From Octopus sinensis (Eukaryota): 64,000 nt of DNA. How positions within the stretch are numbered: position 1 is the first letter of the stretch; each line of letters begins with the position of its first letter. A model generated the notes under the pieces. That model was not told where the DNA came from, did not search any database, and worked only from the letters and a program-made list of their open reading frames with translations. This document shows positions 50,163 through 62,145 of the stretch, in pieces. A program made the position numbers and the translations under genes. The stretch is from contig NC_043009.1 of NCBI RefSeq assembly GCF_006345805.1, positions 68,200,001 through 68,264,000 on the forward strand, in the 5' to 3' direction.

Positions 50163-50213
50163 TATGTCAAATGATTTCGCAAAATCATGATTAAAGAAAT
50201 ACTCTAATACCAT

Positions 50214-50442
50214 TTCTTTACAACCCACAAGGGCTAAACAGAGAGAGGACAAACAAGGACAGACAAACGGATTAAGTCGATTATGTCGACCCCAGTGCGT
50301 AACTGGTACTTATTTAATCGACCCCGAAAGGATGAAAGGCAAAGTCGACCTCGGCAGAATTTGAACTCAGAACGTAACCGCAGACAAAATACCGCTAAGC
50401 ATTTCGCCTAGCGTGCTAACGTTTCTGCCAGCTCGCTGCCTT
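50214..50442 (-). mobile_element. SINE family B with 15-bp TSD
   Basis: TSD TCTAATACCATTTCT at 50203-50217 and 50447-50461; full head and tail. Confidence 0.9.
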
Positions 50443-50711
50443 ATAATCTAATACCATTTCTCTGTAGGACACAGTGGAAATAGATTGATAAATGGTAGAC
50501 AGACAGACAGAAATGGAACAAAATAGTGAGAAGCGTTTAAGAGTCGACTGTCACTACTTTTTCCTATGTGCAAGAAAGCTAGGAATATGTTATTGAAAGT
50601 TTCATTTTCTAAGCATCAATTTCAGAACATTTAGTTGCTTTTTATAGCAGATCAATGATGGTGAAAGGCCGTATATTTAGAACACCAACTACAACAGCGA
50701 CAGCAATTATC

Positions 50712-50840
50712 AGAAATCTGACGAAGCAGCGACTCGCTACACCAAAAAAAGGAATTCTAGGAATGCTTCCATCAATGGAAACGGCACAAGATAAAGTGTT
50801 TGGCTTCAAGAGGGAGAGACTATTTCGAAAGAGATTAAAT
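50712..50840 (+). mobile_element. Mariner 3' fragment related to 49599-50162
   Basis: GGAATGCTTCCATCAATGGAAACGGCACAAGATAAAGTGTTTGGCTTC..GAGATTAAAT parallels about 50015-50095. Confidence 0.65.
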
Positions 50841-51504
50841 TCCAGTTTCGATACTCTTTGATTAGACTCCGTAATCTGACTCATTTGACTCGTATGCTTT
50901 CTCTTTCCTGCTGGATCATCTGAGTGTTTGTGTTCACTGAGTCACGACTCTTCATATAACTTCAGTAGCAAGACGTTTACTGAAATAAGTGAAAGGGGGT
51001 CAGATTCAGTAATGGGAGGAGAGAAAACAATAGAGAATCTTTCTTAAATACCTGTAATTTTTCGACAACGAGCAGAAAGGAAAATCTAATAATGCACACA
51101 TACACACACACACACACACATGCTTATAGACAGGGAGATAGATAGCTCCATAGAGTGAGAAATCATTTTCATCCATCACAGAGATTTCACCGCGCATGTC
51201 CAGAACTCCTCTTCGCTTCCGGCTATTTACAGCTTCCTCAAAACTCATTCATTGTAATTACAAGAACACATTTATGGGAATCTAATTTAAATTTATTTCC
51301 CGTATTCAATGCCGGAAATTTATAACTGTCTTTTGTTTTTACATTAAATTGTTTGTAATATTTCATGCTCTTTATTTTTGTCCCTTTTCACTCGAGGTAA
51401 ATATATACATATATACACACACATAACACGCATATACATATGTATGTATGTATCTTTATTTATCTATATATATGTGTGTATGTGTGTGTGTGCGTGTGTG
51501 TGTG

Positions 51505-51536
<32 letters not shown>

Positions 51537-51553
51537 TGTATGTATCTTTATAT

Positions 51554-51588
<35 letters not shown>

Positions 51589-52568
51589 CCACATCTATAG
51601 ATTTTGTATAGAATGCGGAACCATCACTGCAAACTATAAATTCTGATGTTTCGTATACGACTGCGACTATGTAAATGATATGATGAAATAGATAATGGGT
51701 GTATATACATATTTCAAGAGTTGTTGCTCTTTCATCAGTACCAAATACACTCCATCAGCTATCCACAGGCTAATTGTTGAAGTGCCCATTAAGTTTTGAG
51801 TTGTAACACTACTGGATAGACAAATTTACATCTTGAACATATTCCTGTCAACTGGTGCGTAAATATTAATTGCCTCCAAGGACACAGTGTTTTGCTTTGC
51901 AACCATAATCTACTACCAAGTATATTAAAGGCTTACAAGCCAAGATTGTATTTTACTTTTGTGTTAGCAGTTCGATGTAGTATAAAATTCTTCCTCTTCC
52001 TCTCTAGCTCTCTCTGACTTTCATGCACATAAATATATACATTCAAACCTAATATATATATATATATTCGTATGCGAGTTCGTGTTGGTGAAAACCTTAT
52101 TATACATGGTATAAATCGTAATTTACATATCTCTGCAAACTTTCATTTTTAATCACAAACTTAATATACTTTGATATCTTCAGAATAACCACACAAATAA
52201 TTAACTTAACAGAATCATGCGTAGACACACATATTTCAGCGTCCCAACGGACGGATAACCCATACATATAAGTCAGGAAATTTACCAATAAACTAATACG
52301 AAACCATACAGATACATATTATTACATAAAATATACATCCTGAAAAAGCAGAAACGTATTTATTCGAATAGAAATCTTCTATCTTGAATTTCAATTTGTG
52401 TGTATATGTGTGTGTACACACACACACACACACAGAAACAAAGTCTCTGTTCTTAAAAATTAAAATGATGCATCGCGTTCGTCAACCCGAGGGTAATGTA
52501 CAAGGCTTAAAACCAATGTGCACTCGAACCAGAAATTAGTGAGCAATTCGAATTCCTTAAGCAGACAG

Positions 52569-52631
<63 letters not shown>

Positions 52632-52632
<1 letters not shown>

Positions 52633-52836
52633 GCCATGTTGAATCGTTAGCTCCTGCACGCATTTTTTTTCCTTGTTTCTCTCCTTGTTTCTTTTCTGTG
52701 TATCTTTCTGTCGAAGAGCGTAGGCTCGAAACGTAAAGGACTTGTTTTATTTCTATTCCTGAGCGCCATACTAATACAATTGTTTGTTTGTACTCCACCT
52801 GCCTTCGTCTTTTGTTTATTTTCGTAAACCTTCCCG

Positions 52837-52838
<2 letters not shown>
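52632..52838 (+). mobile_element. Solo PLE terminal repeat inside (TA)n
   Basis: Near-identical to 48123-48333; (TA)n on both sides. Confidence 0.85.
52703..52740 (+). ncRNA. Minimal hammerhead-like motif with CUGUCGA core
   Basis: TCTTT-CTGTCGA-A-GAGC-GTAG-GCTC-GAAA-CG-TA-AAGGA. Confidence 0.65.
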
Positions 52839-52912
<74 letters not shown>

Positions 52913-53132
52913 ATATATGTATATATAAGCATATATACTATTTTACTATTTTGACTATTTTAAAATGTTTGAGATGCAAAGCTGCGGTCATGCTGGAGCA
53001 CCACCTTTGACTGAGCTACACCATTATTTGGAACTTCCTCTGATATGTGGCATTTGATTAATGAGGGAGTTTGATGCTGCTCCTCTCATCTCTGTTTCCT
53101 GCCGTAGGGTAGGCTCGTCTGGAACCCGCATG

Positions 53133-53164
<32 letters not shown>

Positions 53165-53244
53165 TATATATATATATATAAACATTTATATGTATATATA
53201 TATATACATAAATATATGTATATATGTATATATATTATATATAT

Positions 53245-53280
<36 letters not shown>

Positions 53281-53492
53281 CATATGTATAGTATACATAT
53301 ATAGATTAACATATAGATCCATATACATAGATATATATGTAGTTAAATATAAATATATATATATAATATATATATATATATATACATATGTATAGGATAC
53401 ATATATAGATTAACATATAGATCCATATACATAGATATATATGTAGTTAAATATAAATATATATATATATTATATATATATATACTTACACA

Positions 53493-53583
<91 letters not shown>

Positions 53584-54277
53584 CATACATGTAGCTGTAA
53601 GTCTTATTTCGTCATGTAACCAAACTGTTATTCTTGAACGTGACATACCGATGCTTTTTTTTCTCTCATCCAACAAAATAACAAATGTTGTCTAGACGTA
53701 AACAAATGCCGGGAGTTAATGATTTCTACAAATGAAGCCATTCTATCTTCATTTGCTTCCGCTTAATATCCAACAATATTACATGTTAACTTTGCATTTG
53801 TCTATTTTCCACTTAGTATTAGTATCTTCTCCGTCATACAACTCCATGAATACCTCAGGTATTTGTCAGTCAATCAGCGACACGTCCACTTTAGATAAAT
53901 TCCTCTCAGACAATGTTTCTTTAGTTCTCATTCTGTAAATTTCTGAAGCTAATGTGTTTTCTCTACAAATTTCTAACGTTTCGTTTTGTTGCTCAATCCG
54001 AAATCATTTTTATTTCTCTGTGTACAGAAATCTCAGTTAGACACACTGAAAAAACACCAACACAAACACAAACACAAACACAAATACACACACACATGCG
54101 TGTATATATTTCATGTTCAGGGCAAAAAGAACAGAATGCAAGCCACCACAAATAAAAGAGTAATAAGAAGATGAAATGAAACGATCGGAGTTTGGATGTT
54201 CCAGTGTTGACCAATCGAAAGTTTCCACGTCAGGAGAGATTTCAGATATGATTTCAAATATCATCCGAAGAAGATGT

Positions 54278-54611
54278 AGGTAGCTGGATGCAATCTAAAC
54301 CAAAAAAGTAATAATTCACAGTCACTAAAGTTAACTAACGGTGCAGTAGTACCGGTGTTGCTAGAAATAGGTATCAAGGACCCCTCACACAGAAGGAGTC
54401 ATGTTCTATTTGAACTGACAAGGGAGACAACTCCCCACCGCAAGCGAGGTGCATTAGATTATCACATGTTAATTTTGTATAAGAAATTAATACTCGCCAC
54501 TAATGCTTACTTCATTGCGAACGATGAAGTTGAACTCACTGCAGTCACCCTTGGTCACTTTTAGTAACAGTAAATTAATTCCTTTTTGGTTCAAATTGCA
54601 TCCAGCCACCT
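54278..54611. mobile_element. MITE with about 55-bp imperfect TIRs (probably Tc1/mariner-type)
   Basis: AGGTAGCTGGATGCAATCTAAACCAAAAAAGTAATAATT.. versus ..AATTAATTCCTTTTTGGTTCAAATTGCATCCAGCCACCT. No coding content seen. Confidence 0.7.
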
Positions 54612-54832
54612 GTGTTATTTTATAATTCTCACATTACAATTTTGTGAAATCAGTTACTGATTTCTTTGGTAAAATCTATAATACGACAGGAATAAATGTA
54701 TTTTGAGCAGCAGGAATTTGAATAGATATCACTGAAAATGGGGAATTGTGAGATCACATACACGAGTTAGGTCGACCAGTGTATATGTGTGTGTGTGTGT
54801 GTGGTGTGTGTGTGTGTGTGTGTGTGTGTGTA

Positions 54833-55751
54833 TTGGGTGATCACATAATGCAGATTTTTATACTTTTATTTTTCGAAATTAAGGTAAACAAAGTTGCTTT
54901 TTAATCTAAAATATACTCTCCTTCATTTTCTACAATGCTCTTCCATCTATCTGGTAGACTTATCAGGCCCCTGCTCTAAAATTCACTTGTCCGTGACGAA
55001 AAGTACTCCTCCAGTACAGTTCTGACCTTGTCTACAGAATTCATATTTTTTCCATCCTAATGATTTTGAAGACTGCAGAATATATGAGACTCAAATGGGG
55101 CAATGTCCGGCTAATATGGCGGGTGGGGAATCGATTCCCATTCAAACTGCTTCAGCCTTCGGAGTGTCATCCCGCTGTATTTGGCCAAGCATTATCCGAA
55201 TGGAAGAATACCTTACCTCTTGAAATCAAAGATGGTCGTTTTTTCTTGAAGCGCAGGTGTCGATGAAAAGTTGAATGCACAAAGTCAAGCTTCTCTGCTA
55301 GTTCCTCAATAGTTACTGTGGTATTTTGTTCCACCAGGGTTTGCAGGACGTCCTTTTGTGCTCTACAGATCTTCCAGGGCGAGGCTCGTCTTCTAGGCTG
55401 TAGTTTCCGGCACGAAATTTCTGGGACCACCGTTGACACTGGCTTAAGCTTAACGTCTGAACCCCAAATACTACATTGATATTCCTCAAACGTTCCGTTG
55501 CATTGTTATCTTTACTGATCTCATAAAGCAAAATATGCCGAATGCGTTCCTTTGTTACTTCCATTATAGCTTTGAAAAAAAAAAAAAAACAACTGTTAAA
55601 TCGAACTGCACTCTTCAAAATTTGCACTATGATTAAGGAGAAGTTAAAATTACTACTTGTTTTTATAGCAAATTGATGCAGGTAGTTAATCCCATACTCC
55701 TCCGAATTTTAGTTCATGCAATTGAAAAAAACGCATTATTTATGGGATGAA

Positions 55752-55755
<4 letters not shown>
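54833..55755 (-). mobile_element. Decayed mariner with internal deletion
   Basis: TA-flanked TIRs (TTGGGTGATCACATA / TATGGGATGAACCAA). Peptides MEVTKERIRHILLYE..CQRWSQKFRAGNYSLEDEPRPGR, KVFFHSDNAWP, PHPPY*PDIAP, LPDRWKSIVENEGEYILD. The first-Asp region is deleted. Confidence 0.92.
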
Positions 55756-55790
<35 letters not shown>

Positions 55791-56137
55791 TAATATAATA
55801 TAACATGCTGGGTGTACATATATACATACATAGGCATACACCTACATATACACACACACAGACGCATGCACTCATGCGCACAAACACAAACACACACGCG
55901 TATACATAAGGGGAGGGAGTCAGGATTAACTTAATTGAGTTGACTGATTGAGTGAAACTGTAATAAAAATTAGTCTGACGTCCATATTCAGGCGTGGTTG
56001 CTATGTTTCAATTAATGCCGTCTCCTTGCTCTTCTTTATTTATTCGCTGTCGTTATACAAATATAGAAATACATAGATATAGATATATATAAACATAATA
56101 CTTACACATATATATATATACAAACATACATACAAAC

Positions 56138-56630
56138 GTGTGTATGTATGTATGTATGTATGTATGTATGTATGTATGTATGTATGTATGTATGTATGTG
56201 TGTATGTATGCATGTGTATGTATGTATGTATGTATGTATGTATGTATGTATGTATGTATGTATGTGTGTATGTATGCATGTGTGTATGTATGCATGTGTG
56301 TATGTATGTATGTATGTATGTATGTATGTATGTATGTGTGTATGTATGCATGTGTGTATGTATGTATGTATGTATGTATGTATGTATGTGTGTGTGTATG
56401 TATGCATGTGTGTATGTATGTATGTATGTATGTATGTATGTATGTGTGTGTGTATGTATGTATGTATGTGTATGTATGCATGTATGCATGTATGTATGTG
56501 TGTATGTATGTATGTATGTATGTATGCATGTATGTATGTATGTATGTATGTATGTGTGTGTGTATCTATGTATGCATGTATGTATGTATGTATGTATGTA
56601 TGTATGTATGCATGTGTGTATGTATGTATG
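56138..56630. repeat. Long compound (TATG)n array with TGTG and CATG variants
   Basis: About 490 bp of TATG units interrupted by recurring TGTG and GCAT variants. Confidence 0.95.
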
Positions 56631-57140
56631 GTTCAAATGTACAGAAAATAAGACCATAGGCAGGCGAGCGAGCAACAAGCAGGTGAATTCACAGACACAT
56701 ATATATATGTTTGTATGCATGTATTTATGTGTATATATATTTGTGTGTGTTAATGGTTATTATCATGCGAATAGATTAATATTGCTATAAATGAATACAC
56801 AATACTTTTGGTAGAGAAAAAAAAAGAGGGAAAGAAATTTAGGGAGAGTTTATGATTGCTTATTAAAAGTAGTAGTGTCGATGGTTGCAGTGGGAGTAAT
56901 AATAAAAGAGAGAGAAAGAGTGGTTATGTGGGAGAATGAGGATGTACGACTTTGTCTAAGATTGTCTCTTTGACAGAAATTCCTGTGGCCAACATACTGA
57001 ACTCTTTCATTTCTTGCTTTCTTTAATACACACACATATATACATACACACTTATATATATATACATATTAATTGAAATTAAGCATATTTAATATAATAA
57101 ATGTAAATGTTAGTGAGTCACACTGTTTTGAACTTTGATA

Positions 57141-57356
57141 AATCCTTTCTATTGGAAGGAAAATGTCTCAAATTTGGGGGGAAGGGATTAAGTCTATAAC
57201 ATCGACCACAGTACGTAACTGGTACTAATTTTATCACCCCGAACGGATGAAAAGCAAAGTCGACCTCGGCGAGGTTCGAACTCAAAACCTAACAGCAAAC
57301 AAAATACCGCTAATTATTTCCCCCAGCGTGCTAACGATTCTGTCAGTTCGCCCCTT
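57141..57356 (-). mobile_element. Diverged SINE family B
   Basis: GGATGAAAAGCAAAGTCGACCTCGGCGAGGTTCGAACTC..CGTGCTAACGATTCTG. Confidence 0.75.
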
Positions 57357-57357
57357 A

Positions 57358-57445
57358 GTAATATAATATAATATAATATAATATAATATAATATAATATA
57401 ATATAATATAATATAATATAATATAATATAATATAATATAATAAC
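57358..57445. repeat. (TAATA)n pentanucleotide microsatellite
   Basis: Tandem TAATA units directly after the SINE. Confidence 0.95.
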
Positions 57446-57500
57446 ATTACTCCTACAAGCCGTAGCCCAACATATATCATTTTGGAATCAGGCTGACTTA

Positions 57501-57765
57501 GTGAGTAAATTAAAAATATTCCGGGCCGAATACGGACCCACAATCCTGAAATTTTGGATTCCCAAATTTCCTTTACTGTCATTATTTCCGGCGATTTCTT
57601 TACGTGACATTTTGCGACAATTTTTTTTGTACGATAACAATTTTTATAATCTAAAAGCTAATTCCGTGAGTAAATTAAAAACATTCCAGGCTGAATCCGA
57701 ACCTGCAATCCTGAAATTGTGTATTCCTATGATTTCATTACTGTAATTATTTTCGGCAATTTTTT
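57501..57765. repeat. Diverged tandem duplication, period about 165 bp
   Basis: GTGAGTAAATTAAAAA.ATTCC.GG..GAAT..G.ACC..CAATCCTGAAATT at 57501 and 57666. Confidence 0.8.
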
Positions 57766-59103
57766 TTAATGATATTTTTTTAATGATATTCTACAGGGCA
57801 ACCAATGGTAAAACCCAATAATATAAAATATACACATATACACGAATGAAAGGTGATAAAAGAAAAACGATAATTCGGATTAACGAAGTAATAAAATTAT
57901 CCTCTTATATATATATATACATATGCTTTCGTTACGAATGGTTTTGTTATACGGTGCAATATTTTACAATTCTGTAAATAATAATAATGGTATTTTTATA
58001 TAAGCTTAAAGCTTATGGCGATCACCGTGCAATGACTAAGGAAAATAGTCTAATAAAGGAGTATATAAGCCCCTGAGAGAAAAAAAGAAGGCTTTCCTAT
58101 CCGAGTGGGACTCGAGCTATCTTTATAAATATATCTACACTTTGAATGCTTGTCTACTTCTTGGAGAATACTGAGAAAGACAGACGGAGGCGGTAAGGAA
58201 GATGCAAGCATGGTAACTCTTATGAAATTTACTGCACAAATCGGCGCAGCAGAAGGTCTCTAGCATCCTTTGTACCCTGTTTCCAGACTAAGAATAGATT
58301 GCAGTTAAGAGTTGTTATTTGATAAGCGGCGAATTTTATCAAGAAAGAATTATTGTTTTAATCAGGCAACTTACATAACTGCAACGACTTTTCTTAAATT
58401 CCATATTGCATGCTGAGCCATAATTTGCACACAAAGGACTCCAAGATTTCAATAATCTTAAAATCAATTCATTTCTTTCATAAGCGACGATAATTTATTC
58501 GCCAAACTAAACTGGTAAGTAACTTTGGATAAAAATCAATTAAGACATGTAAGCGATGTTATATTTTTTCGAATTTAACATTTATATTATGTTAATACAA
58601 TCAGCCGCATTCGGCTTCTTCACACACAGATGGAAACAAGTAGTCTCTATACAGCCAAGATGTATTGCAACCTACTTAAGTTTACAGCAAAACACATCAC
58701 ACGATGTAGATAAAATGCATATCCGTAAACAGAGCGGGAGAGCATTAAGATTTTTATGACTGAATCATTATTTTGATGAGCTGATTTCAATATGTAAATT
58801 TCATTCGAGAACGAGCATGGTATTAAATTATCTCCTCAAGTGATAATTAATTCGGCAGATTAATCAAGAATTCAATCACATAGTAATTTGCTATAAAATA
58901 CTAGTTTAGCGAATCACCTGCAGCTACAACAATTGCCGTTGTTTGCATTTTTATTGTAGCTGTTTAGAATTCCGAATTGTGTAGATCTTTGTTCAAAGGG
59001 GTTCCAAGCAAGCTCCCACCATCATGTTTATAGTGAATTCAAACCTTAAATAATCAATGCCATCGCTTACCCTTTGTCTCTCTTTCTCTCATTTTCTTCC
59101 CAC

Positions 59104-59134
<31 letters not shown>

Positions 59135-59159
59135 ATATATATATACATATATATATAAG

Positions 59160-59440
59160 TATATAAAAAATGTTTTCGTAATGAGATAAAAAGCTAAGGC
59201 TGTGGAGGTTTTAGAACATTTACAAACGTTATAAATGTTCTAAAATCTACACAGCCTTGGTTTTTTTTTATCTCATTACGAAAGAAAATTTTTATATACA
59301 CACGCTGATATATGACCTAAGTTGGACCCCTTATTCGCATAATCACCGAACCTGGAACTTAACTATGGTCTATCCATACCACTTATTCAGTGTTACCTGA
59401 CACCTCTGGGTCTCACTGACACCATTACCGCTCATAACTT
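59160..59440 (-). mobile_element. Interspersed element ending in an about 135-bp palindrome
   Basis: 59160-59298 folds back around AACGTT (59225-59230). The rest is homologous to 15421-15560. (TA)n on both sides. Confidence 0.8.
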
Positions 59441-59467
59441 GTATATATATATATATATATATATATA

Positions 59468-59495
59468 CTAGCAGAGATACCCGGCGTTGCCCGGT
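59468..59495 (-). mobile_element. Helitron 3' terminus (hairpin plus CTAG|T)
   Basis: Plus strand ACTAGCAGAGATACCCGGCGTTGCCCGG is nearly identical to the 3' end of the element at 1120. No 5' end found. Confidence 0.65.
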
Positions 59496-60003
59496 TACAT
59501 TCAATTGAAGAATTAGATTTTTCTGTTATATTTTCTGTAATGAACTGGAATATCTGTTTCGTTTTTCATCAAAATTGCAGATGAGGGTTATTTCCCTCTG
59601 TACATGTCCTAAACAATTTGTAATCGTGCCACATGTATCCCATACTACTGATTTTTATGCGCAGATTCCAAAATTCCAGTCTTATACAACCTGTTAAAAA
59701 GATTTTGCTCCTGAAAAATGAAGGTCATGGAGCTCTAAGATGTTAGAGTTGAGGCCCCTGTTGGGGGTGGGCATCTTAATGTCAACAAGAGAAGTTGAAT
59801 TGTTGACAATCTTTTTAAATTGGGTCTTATATCTATTGTTTGAATTTCTTTGAAATAGGAAATATATGTTCACTGGGTTTGTAAAAAAGAACAAAGCTAC
59901 AGGAAACCAAAAGACGAATGATCACAATAAGCAGTCATTTACCCTACCCTAGTCGTTACTTGAAGTATCGGTTCAAGAACTATGTTATATATATATATAT
60001 ATG

Positions 60004-60035
<32 letters not shown>

Positions 60036-60189
60036 CGTGCGTGCGCGTGTGTGTGTATACATATATGTATATATATGTATAAACACACACATACACTCAC
60101 ACACACACACACACACACAAAGATAAATTGATAAATACAACTAAGAGGGCAAACAAAAATATGAGACACTGCATAGTGCTTTTGTTATA

Positions 60190-60490
60190 TTTTGATAAGC
60201 CTGGTACTTATTCTATCAGTTTCTTCATGTGAAACTAATAAGTTTCACAACACCAGTTGTGAAGCAGTGATGAGGGAGAAACACAAAGACACACACATAG
60301 ACTTACACATATTCATACATATACATACAATTGATTTCTTTCAGTTTCTGTCAACAAAATCCACTGACCAGGCTTTGGTTGGTCTCAAGCTATAGTAGAA
60401 GACACGTGCCAAGTTACCACAGAGTGGGATTGAACTGAGGACCATGTGTTTTGGAACCAAGTTTGTTACGCCACAGCCACACCTGCACCT
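60190..60490 (-). mobile_element. Diverged SINE family A
   Basis: GCTATAGTAGAAGACACGTGCCAAG..GGGATTGAACTG..GCCACAGCCACACCTGCACCT. Confidence 0.75.
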
Positions 60491-60891
60491 ATGTATATGT
60501 GTGTGTGGGTGGGTGGATCGTTGTGTGTGTGTATGGGTATATCTATGTATGCATGTATATATATGTATATACATGTGTACGTATATGCGTATGTATGTAT
60601 GACATTTAGTTTACAGGTAATTTATAGCAAATTACTATATTTGTATACGTGTATTTAATTACACGAAAGATTTAGGTACAACTCGATAGTCTAAGATTAT
60701 ATCGATTGCACAGCGCGAATCTGGAGCAGCAGCCAAATTCTTAGTCTAAGTAAATATACAAAGAAATTCTATACAATATATTGAGTACTATCTTTTATTT
60801 AGAACCAGTTGCATTAAGTGATTATCTCTCTCTCTCTCTCTCTATCTTTGTCTCTCTCACGCTCTCCATTTTTCTCTCTCACCCTCTCTCT

Positions 60892-60929
<38 letters not shown>

Positions 60930-61351
60930 CTAGATAGATACAGACACACAGATAGACATACACACACACACATACTCACATATTTTATTATTAGGATTTT
61001 TAAGAGTCAAGGCACATCAACTAGTAGGGCGCCAGAAATAGTTTATGGAATTCACAGTGAAATAAACGACATCGAAGACATGAAGTGTTGGTAGGATACC
61101 ATACATATGCAAATGACAAATCTAATTTTAACCACAGATGCGATTCAGGGTGGGTTCCACATGGGAGGGCGATATAAAATAAATAAACAGAAATGGCGTT
61201 TAAAACGTACGACACCGATTTTGGTAGGCTTTTAATTATTTAATGCAATCATAATAGATTGCATAATATACAATCCACCATCATCAGATAAAACTTTAAA
61301 CAGGCAAGATTTCAAACCTTGACAGGTCATAGCCAACGTTTACTTGACTGT

Positions 61352-61353
61352 CA

Positions 61354-61433
<80 letters not shown>

Positions 61434-61440
61434 CTATCTA
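61352..61440. repeat. (TCTA)n microsatellite (similar tract at about 3060-3170)
   Basis: Tandem TCTA units. Confidence 0.95.
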
Positions 61441-61519
61441 TCTATGCATACACACATACATACATACATGCGAGCATACATAAATATACGCATGCATGCA
61501 TATATTCATACATGTATAC

Positions 61520-61618
<99 letters not shown>

Positions 61619-61649
61619 CACACACACGTATATATATATATACGCATGC

Positions 61650-61699
<50 letters not shown>

Positions 61700-61729
61700 C
61701 ATGCACACACACACGTATATATATACGCA

Positions 61730-61807
<78 letters not shown>

Positions 61808-61811
<4 letters not shown>

Positions 61812-62036
61812 CGAGCTGGCAGAAACGTTAGCACGCCGGGCGAAATGCTTAGCGGTATTTCATCTGTCGTTACGTTCTGAGTTCAAATTCCGCCGAGATC
61901 GACTTTGCCTTTCATCCTTTCAGGGTCGATAAATAAAGTACCAGTTTCGCACTGGGGTTGATGTAATAGACTTAATCCCTTTGTCTGTCCTTGTTTGTCC
62001 CCTCTATGTTTAGCCCCTTGTGGGTAGTAAAGAAAT
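61808..62036 (+). mobile_element. Near-consensus SINE family B inside (TA)n
   Basis: AAGGCGAGCTGGCAGAAACGTTAGCACGCCGGGCG..GGGTAGTAAAGAAAT. Confidence 0.9.
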
Positions 62037-62103
62037 ATATATATATATATATATATAATATATATATATATATATACCGTATATATGTATATATACATGC
62101 ATA

Positions 62104-62145
<42 letters not shown>

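Noticed and set aside
56040-56790. Long HTYI/MYVC ORFs (up to 226 aa), and similar YI/CV/HT ORFs across the window
   Set aside because: Stop-free read-through of microsatellites.
61212-61290. CTGATGA-T-GGTGG..CTACC-AAAA-TCGGT-G motif on the minus strand
   Set aside because: G12 is mutated, H17 is G and there is no stem I. At most a dead PLE hammerhead.
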